Below are positions 37,901-46,273 of a DNA stretch of 64,000 nt, one piece after another. Position 1 is the stretch's first letter; each line of letters opens with the position of its first letter. The notes under the pieces were generated by a model. The model was not told where the DNA came from. It saw only the letters and a program-made list of their open reading frames with translations, and did not search any database. Position numbers and translations under genes: made by a program. The stretch is from Candidatus Spongiisociaceae bacterium (GTDB lineage Bacteria; Actinomycetota; Acidimicrobiia; Spongiisociales; Spongiisociaceae). The DNA is taken from the NCBI GenBank assembly GCA_965262915.1, contig OZ253564.1:224001-288000 (forward strand), written 5' to 3'.

Positions 37901-39407
37901 AGACCAGGCGACGCTCTCGCCGGTTGAGGTAGCAGAAGCCGCGATCGCGACCTACCACACCGACGCCCTGAGACACTTCAAGTGGGCTCTGGATCATCTA
38001 GGACCACCAGCACAATGGGCTGGATCCCCAAAAACTGTGGACTTCGTCCAATCGCTCGGGTTCCCCGACGAATGGGCAGGACAGCGCAAGAGACGACGCT
38101 CCGCGTTCCTAGACGTCGAGGGTCCCCGGTCACTTCCCGAGTTGCATGACTACCAAACCAGCGTGGCCAACAATATTCGTGTCATGCTCCGCTCGGCCAG
38201 TTCCGGAGGTATCGAGCGACGCGGGATGGTCAGCCTACCGACCGGGTCGGGCAAGACCAGGGTTGCGGTACAGGCCATCGTCGAGGCCATGCGATGCGAC
38301 GGGTTCCGCGGTGGTGTTCTCTGGGTCGCTGATCGTGATGAACTGTGCGAGCAAGCGGTTGAAGCGTGGGCGCATGTGTGGAGGAGTGAAGGAATCGACG
38401 GTGGCCAGCTTAGAATAACCCGGCTGTGGAGTGGACAGCCCAGGCCGTCGCCGACCACTGATGGCCACGTCATTGTTGCCACGATCCAAACGCTCAACTC
38501 CCGGCTCTCGAACCGGCCAGCAGAATACCGATTCCTAAAGGACTTCAAACTCGTGGTCTTCGACGAAGCACACCGATCGATCGCACCCACCTCCACATCG
38601 GTCATGGGAGAGATCGGACTGACCCACCGACGAAAAGAGGACGAACCCTTCCTCATCGGCCTAACGGCGACACCGTACCGCGGATACGACGAGGCCGAGA
38701 CCGCCAGACTCGCCAGCCGCTACAGCACCACCAGGCTCGACTCCGGCGCCTTCACCTATGACGATCCGCAGAAAGTCATCCACCAACTGCAGGACAGAGA
38801 AGTGCTCGCCAAAGTCGACCAAGAGGTAATCGAAGGCGACACGATTCGACTCAGCCCCGACGAGTGGGAACAGATCTTACGATTCGTTCCAGGCACACAC
38901 CGCCGGGAACTCCTGACGGCCTTTCTACCTCAAAGCGTGGAGAACCGCATCGCGCACAACACCCAACGCACCCGCCGCATCCTCGACGCGTACAAGAACC
39001 ACATCGGCGAGGACTGGCCAACGCTCATATTCGCCACCTCCGTCGAACACGCGCACACACTCGCAGCACTCCTCAACCGTGAGAGAATCACCGCCCGAGC
39101 AGTAAGCGCAACCACCGAACCCGCAACCCGGCGCAGGGTGGTCGGAGCATTCAGAAACGGCGAGATCAAAGCCCTCGTCAACTACGCCGTCTTCCAAGAA
39201 GGATTCGACGCGCCCGAGACCCGTGCCATCATCGTCGCCCGTCCCGTCTACAGCCCGAACCTCTACTTCCAAATGATCGGACGCGGCCTCCGCGGTCCAA
39301 AGAACCGAGGCAAAGACCGATGCCTCATCCTCAACGTTCAAGACAACATCGAAGACTTCGGTCACGCCCTCGCCTTCTCAGACCTTGACTGGCTATGGGA
39401 CCGGTGA
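34935..39407 (+). CDS. Sacsin-like GHKL ATPase fused to an SF2 (DEAD/DEAH) helicase
   Basis: ELVQNSADA, ADNG, IGTFGVGFKAV at the N-terminus; PTGSGKT, DEAH, GLTATP, EGFDAP, QMIGRGLRG at the C-terminus. Confidence 0.9.
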   Translation: MVVPLEGWAGPVGDLGRYVSEESGRSLEGYSVQPNWVDEHANEEQDTARGGYQSRQLFELVQNSADALWADAGAGVRDPASLGVSGRIGVRLTAQYLYCADNGDPIDADGVKALMFSRLSPKRGTDQIGTFGVGFKAVLGVSDSPEFFSRSGSFRFDRASSQERIRTVVPGATRCPVLRLPEPIDPGDYWEQDGVLSDLMGWAVNIVRLPLRCGAREDLRRQMEKFPAEFLLFVAHVGSLTLTDDSGSVDRVLELESVGDSYLLAEGDTSSEWRLFERAHRLGKDAFADRRPGDERESVPLWWAAPVDRLHRRGRFWAFFPTHTDSLVPGILNAPWKTNEDRQNLLPGPYNDELIAASAELIADKLLLIRTVEDPARHLDVLPRGEEWRDSRHEKMLRKRIHAVLHGRRVVPDQSGTLRRVGDISYPPEVLTPRDGLVAEPLERWAAYEGRPNGWLHHKALSRTRRAAVDRLFRAPHQPASRVSRAPRASLATWLEALVSEAGRGDAVAASMAAIHTAACIPDTIRIRADLGRIVLTESGRWRTPDPLSVFLPLESSGVVEAADPDSTVNSELIADRETLRALQALGLRPPSPKARFRAIAKRALRSLSRNADLHTEFWKASRAVDPIDAAKAIREHYWWRDAVRVRTRAGGWQQLRAVLMPGGIVPGDGTRDNEVTVDCEFHDLDRELLSAVGVTSTPVEGYDKGLERSPFKQYEKLSEKKYRRRTDLPACPRRGYLEFTSYNNIGPLMILRDLSEEGAAAYTDALLSLDACYQPWVMWHTGTNRWHYPESACESLPIWYLRSFGQIQTPTGIVALSDAFGPHPASPAALNALLQHRNADKIKAAFDLSDPAPELFGEGHPTLLVDVWPGLREYLSPHRRNAQLVPCERILVGGDDRPCAFHTPDIYLVGNVDDDERGALELVTQELDLRLGYVEIEAILNRRTPAEVEERRTAVRQHPTHAGRLVAAVGEQALRSGLPRSLLDVLEEDQATLSPVEVAEAAIATYHTDALRHFKWALDHLGPPAQWAGSPKTVDFVQSLGFPDEWAGQRKRRRSAFLDVEGPRSLPELHDYQTSVANNIRVMLRSASSGGIERRGMVSLPTGSGKTRVAVQAIVEAMRCDGFRGGVLWVADRDELCEQAVEAWAHVWRSEGIDGGQLRITRLWSGQPRPSPTTDGHVIVATIQTLNSRLSNRPAEYRFLKDFKLVVFDEAHRSIAPTSTSVMGEIGLTHRRKEDEPFLIGLTATPYRGYDEAETARLASRYSTTRLDSGAFTYDDPQKVIHQLQDREVLAKVDQEVIEGDTIRLSPDEWEQILRFVPGTHRRELLTAFLPQSVENRIAHNTQRTRRILDAYKNHIGEDWPTLIFATSVEHAHTLAALLNRERITARAVSATTEPATRRRVVGAFRNGEIKALVNYAVFQEGFDAPETRAIIVARPVYSPNLYFQMIGRGLRGPKNRGKDRCLILNVQDNIEDFGHALAFSDLDWLWDR

Positions 39408-40100
39408 ACACCGATCAGCGACCAATCTGAGCCGGTCCCTTTTCAGATACCCGCCCCCACCCCACGATTCCGCGAAGCCTCATGAATATGCGACGGCAGC
39501 ACAACCCGGCCCGAAGCCCGAACCAGGGACGATCGTCGACATCATCCGGAACCGACACGAAACGGTTAACCGGCAGTGGGACAACCCGGAGACAGCCATA
39601 GCAAACCCGTAGGCTACCCAGCGCACAACAAGCGCCAACCGACCACCGGTAGGCCTCGACCGACCGTCCGCCAACCAGGAATCGATGCTCCGAACAGCGA
39701 ACTTCCTCGAACCTACTATGATCGGCCCGTGGACCGGTGCCCGAAAGTCGGGACAGCCCTCGGTCACCAGCTTCTACTCAGACCCGCGATTTCCCCGCCC
39801 AATGCGCGCTGCCGAAACGCCTATCGAGGCCACGACCACCCCTGGGCACAGGGGGACTGGGACCCCGTATCCCAGCGACCAATGCGGAAGTCCGGGAACA
39901 GTCAGCGTAGCCACCAGTCCCCCGATCGGGACGCGGACCGATCCTGGACCGCTACGACACCGACTCGGCGGAAAACAGCGACTGTCGTAGCAGGCTACGG
40001 CCCAGCGGCTCCAGTGGATGGGCGGACGCCGTAGTCTGGGGCGGGCCAGACGGTTGTGCGGGCCAAGGAGATACCTCTGTATCACGGGGGTGGGATACTA

Positions 40101-40751
40101 CGGTACCTGGAGGGGGATACCGGGGTTCCGCATTTCTAATGCAAACGTGCCTCCGTTTTAAACCCAGGTTGACACCCCCCTTCTCACCCCCGCCAGCACC
40201 CATCCCCAACATACCCACATACCCCCCGAACAGATACACCGGTACACCCCCCGCACGCACCGCCCACCCCGGCACCAAACCCCCGAACCGCCCCACCCAG
40301 CCCAAACACCCGACAACCCGAACCGCCGAACCAAACCCCACCCACCACCACCTCTCGCCGAACACACCGTCACCGTCAGCAAACCCCCAGGTCAGCCCGC
40401 GAATACCAGCCCCGGCACACAGCCCACCCAGCCCAAACACCCGTCCTCCCGAGGCAAGAACCCGCCCCCTCCGGGTCTGGGCAAACCGGGCCCGCCATAC
40501 CCGACCCGGTCTCTGAACACGCCCACACCCCCCCACCCACATCCCCGAAGCCCCCGGTTGCCCGCTACGCGGCGAGGGGGAACCCGGCTCTGGTGGCTTC
40601 CCGCCCAGGGGTACCCGGGTAACCTCAGGGTCGGGAAGGGAGGTGATACGCCCCGTCGGCCTGGCCGGCGGCTGGTACCGCGGCCGCGAAACCCCAGGTC
40701 AGAGACACACGCACGGTTACTCGCACGGTTTGGGGGTGTAAACGCACGGTT
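40101..40751 (-). repeat. Right inverted-repeat region (homologous to 30031-30190 and 29231-29308)
   Basis: 40683-40751 reverse-complements to the ACCGTGCG array + TCTCTGACCTGGGGTTTCGCGGC. Confidence 0.85.
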
Positions 40752-40810
40752 TGGCCGGCGCCATCACGTGGGGTACCGCTGTCACCCTCGAGGGCGGTAC
40801 CCCAGAACAA

Positions 40811-41464
40811 CGCGTCTTGTCGATGCCCACAGCTTGGACCTCGCCTATCCGGTCGGTGTCGGCTTCCAACAGGGCTTCGCCCCAGCGGCCGACCTCGTTG
40901 TTCACCGTATGCCACCCACAACCAAGTTCTTCGGCGACCTCGTCGACCGGGCGACCCCGCCGACCGGGCGACCCCGCCGACCGACCCCGATGGTCACCCA
41001 CCTCGCCGCTCGGGATGTCAACAACGCCCGTTGGGGACCAATCGTGGGGTCTTGCTCGATGAACGATCTGACCCCACAGTCGGGATTCGGACATGTCCAA
41101 CGGCGTTTCCGCCATCGCAGCCGCACAGACCGGCCGAACGCCGGTAAATCCGCCAACACCACCGTCCGATAGCCCTTGGATCACACCGGGCCACCACAGG
41201 CCTCACAGGACGGCCGGGGCTTGCGGGAACGGATCACCACCTCCAAAGGTGCACCCTCTCGCCCGAGTCGTTGATCCCCACCAGGTCAACGTCGCCTAGG
41301 CCTACCAGCAGCTCGCACATGCGCGCAGGGATCAGCTTCCACAGGGGTCCTCCTGCCTCGGATGTCGCTTATCAACAGCCGATTATGGAGGACCCCTCCT
41401 CATTTCTGGTGGATTCCGATCCCCCCTGGCAGATCCCCTACTCCCCACCCATTCGCGAAGAGCC
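40811..41464 (-). pseudogene. Truncated, frameshifted ISL3 copy (5' third with left IR)
   Basis: IR ...CGAAGAGCC ending at 41464; homologous to 16856-17490. Confidence 0.88.
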
Positions 41465-41467
41465 CGT

Positions 41468-41668
41468 TTGGTGGGCCAGATGCAGTCGCTGGGGTTCGAT
41501 CTTCGGCAGGAGGCGATTCTCGAGACTCTGACCCAGGATGTTCACAAGTCCAGCGACATCGAGGGGGAACGGCTCGACCTGGAACAGGTCCGTTCCTCTG
41601 TCGGGCGCCACCTCGGTATGGACATCGGTGGTCTTCGCTATGCTGAGGACAAGGTTGAGGGCGTGGTG
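41468..41668 (+). pseudogene. Fragment of a Fic-family protein N-terminus (DUF4172-like)
   Basis: LGFDLRQEAILETLTQDVHKSSDIEGERLDLEQVRSSVGRHLG. Confidence 0.7.
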
Positions 41669-41830
41669 GGCGATCCGTCATGTGTGGTTGACCGATCTCA
41701 TCCACCAAGTCGACCAACGGTCACGCGGCACGTATGGGGCGCTGCGGATCCACGCGGAGTTGAGGTTGGGCTATGGGGGATCACGGTTGGGCACAACGCG
41801 GCGGCGATGCTGACGAGAAGGGCCGGGCCC
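41669..41830 (+). pseudogene. IS3 OrfB fragment
   Basis: IRHVWLTDLIHQV..RSRGTYGALRIHAEL. Confidence 0.6.
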
Positions 41831-42160
41831 CCAAGAGCTGGGCGCCATCCACTATGAGTGAATCTTTGATAACCGTCAACACTGTCATCGGGCCAGCACT
41901 GTCGGACGCTAAGGTAGACACCGACGGAGGAAGGCCTACGAGAGCGTCACCACCATGAAGCGGCGGACCACGGTGTCACAGCGTTACGTGAGGTGTCAGG
42001 CATTGCACGAGGGGTTCGGGATAATTGGTCAAGCACTGAAGCCGAGCTGCAGCGAGTGCAAAGTCCGTGACCGTAAGACGGTGCATCGGCTAACCGCCGC
42101 CGTACCCAGTCCGATGGATGAACGACTCCAGTACGGTAATCTAACCTTCGGCGTCAGAGG

Positions 42161-43042
42161 GTGCGCGGTGTGACCTCGTCAAGTGTGGATCTGCCCCGTT
42201 CAAACAGGTCTAACTCTCCGTTCCGGTATCCAGGCGGTAAGTTCTATGCACGCCGTCTTATTCTGAGGGAGATACCACCTCATCGTGACTATTGTGAACC
42301 ATTCGCAGGCGGTGCTAGCGTATTCTTTGCAAAACCGACGTCTGGTGGAACGTCTATTCTCAACGACCGTGATACCGACGTGATTAATACCCTAGTACAC
42401 ATTCGCGACGATGTAGAAGGACTGATCAAACTTCTCGATGGGGTAGAAGCTACCAAAGCTAACCATACGTACTACAAGAATCATTATACACCGGGTACCG
42501 ACCTAGAGAGGGCCTTCCGATGGTACTACTTGAACCGGACATCCTATAGTGGGATCATGCGACCCGAGAATTGCTACTGGGGCTTTGGGAATAAGTATTC
42601 GATGCGGCCTGAGAACTGGCCCCCACATTTACGTACTGTGTCAGATAAACTGCAGAATGTCATCCTGACTTGTTGTGATTTTGAAGAGGTCATCAACGCA
42701 CTACCCGATGGATGCTTCGTTTTCGTTGATCCTCCCTACTATTCAGCCGACCAGCAGAAGTTCTACAATGTAGTCTTTGAGCATAACGACCACGCGCGAC
42801 TAGCAGAATGCTTGAAGCGTAATTCGGATCGACTTCTGTTCCTCCTCACCTATGACAACGATCCGGATATCCGGGGTATGTACAGATGGGCTGATTCGAT
42901 CAAAGGTCGGCAATGGAATTACACCATCAATCGTACAGATGACCAACGCAATGGATTGAAAAGACGGGATGGATTCCGTAGAGGCAGAGAAAAAGGTAGC
43001 GAACTGTTTATTAGTAATTACGATGTGCACCCCTTACTCTGA
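42161..43042 (+). CDS. Dam-like (D12 class) N6-adenine DNA methyltransferase
   Basis: FRYPGGK, EPFAGGASVFF, ILND, FVDPPY; visibly more AT-rich than its neighbours. Confidence 0.92.
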   Translation: MRGVTSSSVDLPRSNRSNSPFRYPGGKFYARRLILREIPPHRDYCEPFAGGASVFFAKPTSGGTSILNDRDTDVINTLVHIRDDVEGLIKLLDGVEATKANHTYYKNHYTPGTDLERAFRWYYLNRTSYSGIMRPENCYWGFGNKYSMRPENWPPHLRTVSDKLQNVILTCCDFEEVINALPDGCFVFVDPPYYSADQQKFYNVVFEHNDHARLAECLKRNSDRLLFLLTYDNDPDIRGMYRWADSIKGRQWNYTINRTDDQRNGLKRRDGFRRGREKGSELFISNYDVHPLL

Positions 43043-43146
43043 TGCATTATCATTGAACAATGATAATGCCGACTATTTAGAGCCACTGTATCCCACCGGA
43101 CCAATTACTAGACTCCCATCTCTTGATCTGACATGATCTACTCTGG

Positions 43147-43275
43147 GTACCAGCCCGACAAGCCTCCAACGGCAGAATCGAAGCCGCCAACAACCTGCTG
43201 CGAGTGCTACGACGAACTGCTCATGGGTTCACCAACCCCACCGGCTTCGCCGCCGGGAAGCATGCTCTCGGCATG
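43147..43275 (+). pseudogene. ISL3 transposase C-terminal remnant
   Basis: RQASNGRIEAANNLLRVLRRTAHGFTNP, like the remnant at 48664-48926. Confidence 0.6.
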
Positions 43276-43344
43276 ATGATCCCGCCCGGTGCCAGCAACC
43301 CTCAATTCCACGCCTACGCGAAGGGCCAAGTAGATTCGGCATCG

Positions 43345-43896
43345 ATGCCAACGCACCTACCTACTCGGCCTGACCTCGACGCGATGTTTCGTCATGACCT
43401 CGGCGCCTCATCCGTGATCGACAGCGAGCCTCGCGAGAAGCCACTTCTGGCGACGATGACCGGCTTGCTCGGTCTGATGATCCAGGCCTACCTCTGGCAC
43501 GCTACGGCTCCGACCGAACGTGAAGTGGGAGTGCACAAGATTCAGATCACACTGCCAGGCTTGCCACGCGGCGCTAGGATCCACATCCCTTATGAGCCTG
43601 GTCGACTGGTCTTGTTCTGCGGGTTCGCGGCGCAGTTCGACACATGGATCCTGTGGGACGCTGAGCTATTCATGGTATATGAGGGAATCTCCTACTCGCG
43701 CAATCTCGGCGTGTCCGTCGAGGCACTGACAGAGGCTGTTGCGAGCGGTGTCTCGGTATCCACGAAGAACGTACGCCGGACCATAATCGGACCTGTACAG
43801 GCGAGCATCGTCGCCTGTCGCAGGTCTTTTCTGGTACAAGCCATCGAAACACGATTCCGGCTCGGCATCCAGAGGTCACTCACGGGAGATGACTGA
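43345..43896 (+). CDS. Hypothetical protein resembling the methylase-associated X1 (MTaX1) domain
   Basis: KPLL...YLW...VHKIQIT...LFCG...WILWD...VSVEALTEAVASG; stop overlaps the next ATG. Confidence 0.6.
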   Translation: MPTHLPTRPDLDAMFRHDLGASSVIDSEPREKPLLATMTGLLGLMIQAYLWHATAPTEREVGVHKIQITLPGLPRGARIHIPYEPGRLVLFCGFAAQFDTWILWDAELFMVYEGISYSRNLGVSVEALTEAVASGVSVSTKNVRRTIIGPVQASIVACRRSFLVQAIETRFRLGIQRSLTGDD

Positions 43897-46012
43897 AATG
43901 GGTTTTCGGGATTGGGAACCCACGGCCGAGTACTTCACCGATAGCCAGGATGTGGCAACTGGTTTCTATCGGCCTTGCATGCGGGACGCGGTTCGCTATG
44001 ACCGTATTACGGGCTACTTCAGTAGTGCTATATATCTCATCGTATGGGCGGAGATCGTTGGCTTTGCTGTTCGCGGTGGCCAGATCCGGGTCATCTGCTC
44101 CCCTCTGCTCAGTACTTTTGACGCGAAATCTATCGCGGACGCCTACCGGGCTTTGACTAACGACGAGCTCGCCAAGAGCCTCTTGTCGGAGTACCACAGC
44201 CTCCTTCAACACCCCTACCTTGCCGAACCTGCCAAGGTGCTCGCGGGACTGATTGTCGACGGCGTAGTCGATATCCGTATCGCACAGGTGTCTCCACATG
44301 CGAAGGCATCGTCAAGGGCGATGTTCCACGACAAGACTGGACTGTTCTTCGACGAAAACGAGGATGGAATCGGATTCCGTGGTGGGATCAACGAGACGTA
44401 TCTCGGTTTCGCAGTAGGGGGGAATGTCGACTCGATCACTGTGTGGACCTCCTGGGCAGGTGGCCGAGAGGCCGACCTCATCTCGTCGAACACCGAGAGG
44501 TTCGGAAGACTGTGGCGAGGTGAGGCACGGGGCGTGGACGTCCGTAAGGTTCCCGACATCGCTTTGGAGGAGTTCAGCCGCACCGCTTCCGAGAGCGACT
44601 CGTGGCAGATCAAGGCGGAAGCGCTCGCAGCTCAGGAGCACATAGCTCACCAACCCGCGCCAGTGGCACGATTCACCCTACGGCCGCACCAGCAGAAGGC
44701 AATTGAGGCGTGGGAGACGGCCGGTCGAGTCGGCCTTCTCAAACACGCCACCGCAAGCGGGAAGACCTTCACGGCGATCGCGGCCATCCGGCGCGAGCTA
44801 CGTGACGGATGGCGTCCCGTTGTTCTTGTCCCGAGTGTCGTTCTGCTCGATCAATGGACAAGCGAGCTTCGTGAGCATCTGAGTGATCTACGTGTTCGCG
44901 TACACCCTTGCGGCGCCGGTCACAGCGACTGGAGAAGTCTACTGGGGGCCTGGCTGGGACCAACTGAAGAGAACCGAGTCGTTGTTAGCACTGTCGCGAC
45001 AGCGGCCTCGCCAAAGTTCCTTGGTCACCTCAGAAGGGCGTCCGACCGCTTGTTCCTCGTTGCCGACGAAGCTCACCGGCTAGGTGCACCGCAGGCAATG
45101 CAGCTGCTCAAGGTTGCGGCAGTAGCTCGGCTGGGTCTAAGTGCGACGCCAGAACGAGCTGGCGACCCGCACGGCACCCGCGCATTGCTTGAGTACTTTG
45201 GTGGGATAGTCGATACTTTCACGCTACAAGACGCGTTGAACGCCGACCCTCCGATCCTGACTCAGTACGCGTACGAGCCCTGGGTCGTTCGGCTCTCGGA
45301 TGACGAACAGGATGAGTGGGATGAACTCTCGAGGCGGATTTCACGTCTGATCGCGCGATGCGCGGGACCTGATGAGTTGTCGCACCAAGCGCTGCAGCAG
45401 CCGCAGGTGAAACGACTGCTGATACGGCGAGCACGGGTGATCAAAAAGGCGAGGGCTAAGATACCTCTTGCTCGATCCGTGGTCGGGGAACATTACCGTG
45501 AGGGCCAACGCTGGTTGGTCTACTGCGAGGATCAGGACCAGCTTCGCGACGTAGTCGCCGAACTACTCGACGCCAATCTTCCAGTTACTGAGTACCATTC
45601 CGCCATGAGCGGGGACCGCGCAGCTACCTTGGGCAACTTCGCCACCAACGGTGGCGTGGTCGTTTCGATCCGTTGCCTCGACGAGGGTGTTGACATACCT
45701 GTAGCGACCCACGCGTTGATTCTCGCATCATCCCGCAACCCGCGCGAGTTCATCCAGAGAAGGGGTCGGGTTCTGCGCAGAGCAGAGGGCAAGGCGTACG
45801 CTCAGATATACGACACGATCGTCGTGCCTACACCCCCGTTAGAGCCCAGCGGCCGATCTATGATTCTTGGCGAACTCGCTCGGGCCGCCGAGTTCGCAAA
45901 CAGCGCCTTTACCAGGGCGGGCCTCGGCGAGTTGGACCACGCGTTCGTCGAGGCTGGCGGTAACCTCGCCGATCCAGACGTCTCTGGAGGATTCGAGTCC
46001 GACGATGACTAG
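43889..46012 (+). CDS. PLD-like nuclease + SF2 helicase (PbeA-like)
   Basis: YDRITGYFSS, FHDKTGLFFD..GGINET, ATASGKT, DEAH, GLSATP, DEGVDIP, QRRGRVLR. Confidence 0.88.
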   Translation: MTEMGFRDWEPTAEYFTDSQDVATGFYRPCMRDAVRYDRITGYFSSAIYLIVWAEIVGFAVRGGQIRVICSPLLSTFDAKSIADAYRALTNDELAKSLLSEYHSLLQHPYLAEPAKVLAGLIVDGVVDIRIAQVSPHAKASSRAMFHDKTGLFFDENEDGIGFRGGINETYLGFAVGGNVDSITVWTSWAGGREADLISSNTERFGRLWRGEARGVDVRKVPDIALEEFSRTASESDSWQIKAEALAAQEHIAHQPAPVARFTLRPHQQKAIEAWETAGRVGLLKHATASGKTFTAIAAIRRELRDGWRPVVLVPSVVLLDQWTSELREHLSDLRVRVHPCGAGHSDWRSLLGAWLGPTEENRVVVSTVATAASPKFLGHLRRASDRLFLVADEAHRLGAPQAMQLLKVAAVARLGLSATPERAGDPHGTRALLEYFGGIVDTFTLQDALNADPPILTQYAYEPWVVRLSDDEQDEWDELSRRISRLIARCAGPDELSHQALQQPQVKRLLIRRARVIKKARAKIPLARSVVGEHYREGQRWLVYCEDQDQLRDVVAELLDANLPVTEYHSAMSGDRAATLGNFATNGGVVVSIRCLDEGVDIPVATHALILASSRNPREFIQRRGRVLRRAEGKAYAQIYDTIVVPTPPLEPSGRSMILGELARAAEFANSAFTRAGLGELDHAFVEAGGNLADPDVSGGFESDDD

Positions 46013-46090
46013 CCCTGACACAGATGACTAGCCCTGACACATCGGTAGGCCACATACAACGCCAAATGCTACTCTGGCACGGAGGATTTG

Positions 46091-46273
46091 ATGCACGAAC
46101 AGTTGCAGGACACCGTTGAAGCTCTCCGGGCCGCTGAGTACCCTGAGTTGGATGCTGGACTCGTTGCGGAGATCTTGACGATCGAGCGAGCGCACCTCGA
46201 TCGGCGTTCGAGAGTCCTCGTCCGACTCGAGCAGGCTATCGACGCTTTTCTTCACAAAGCCGAGGCACAGTGA
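46091..46273 (+). CDS. Small helical operon protein
   Basis: GGAGG SD at 46081-46085; stop overlaps the GTG of the ATPase gene. Confidence 0.75.
   Translation: MHEQLQDTVEALRAAEYPELDAGLVAEILTIERAHLDRRSRVLVRLEQAIDAFLHKAEAQ

Noticed and set aside
39410-40090. Possible methyltransferase (HsdM-like) remnant
   Set aside because: No intact catalytic motif can be read; resemblance too faint
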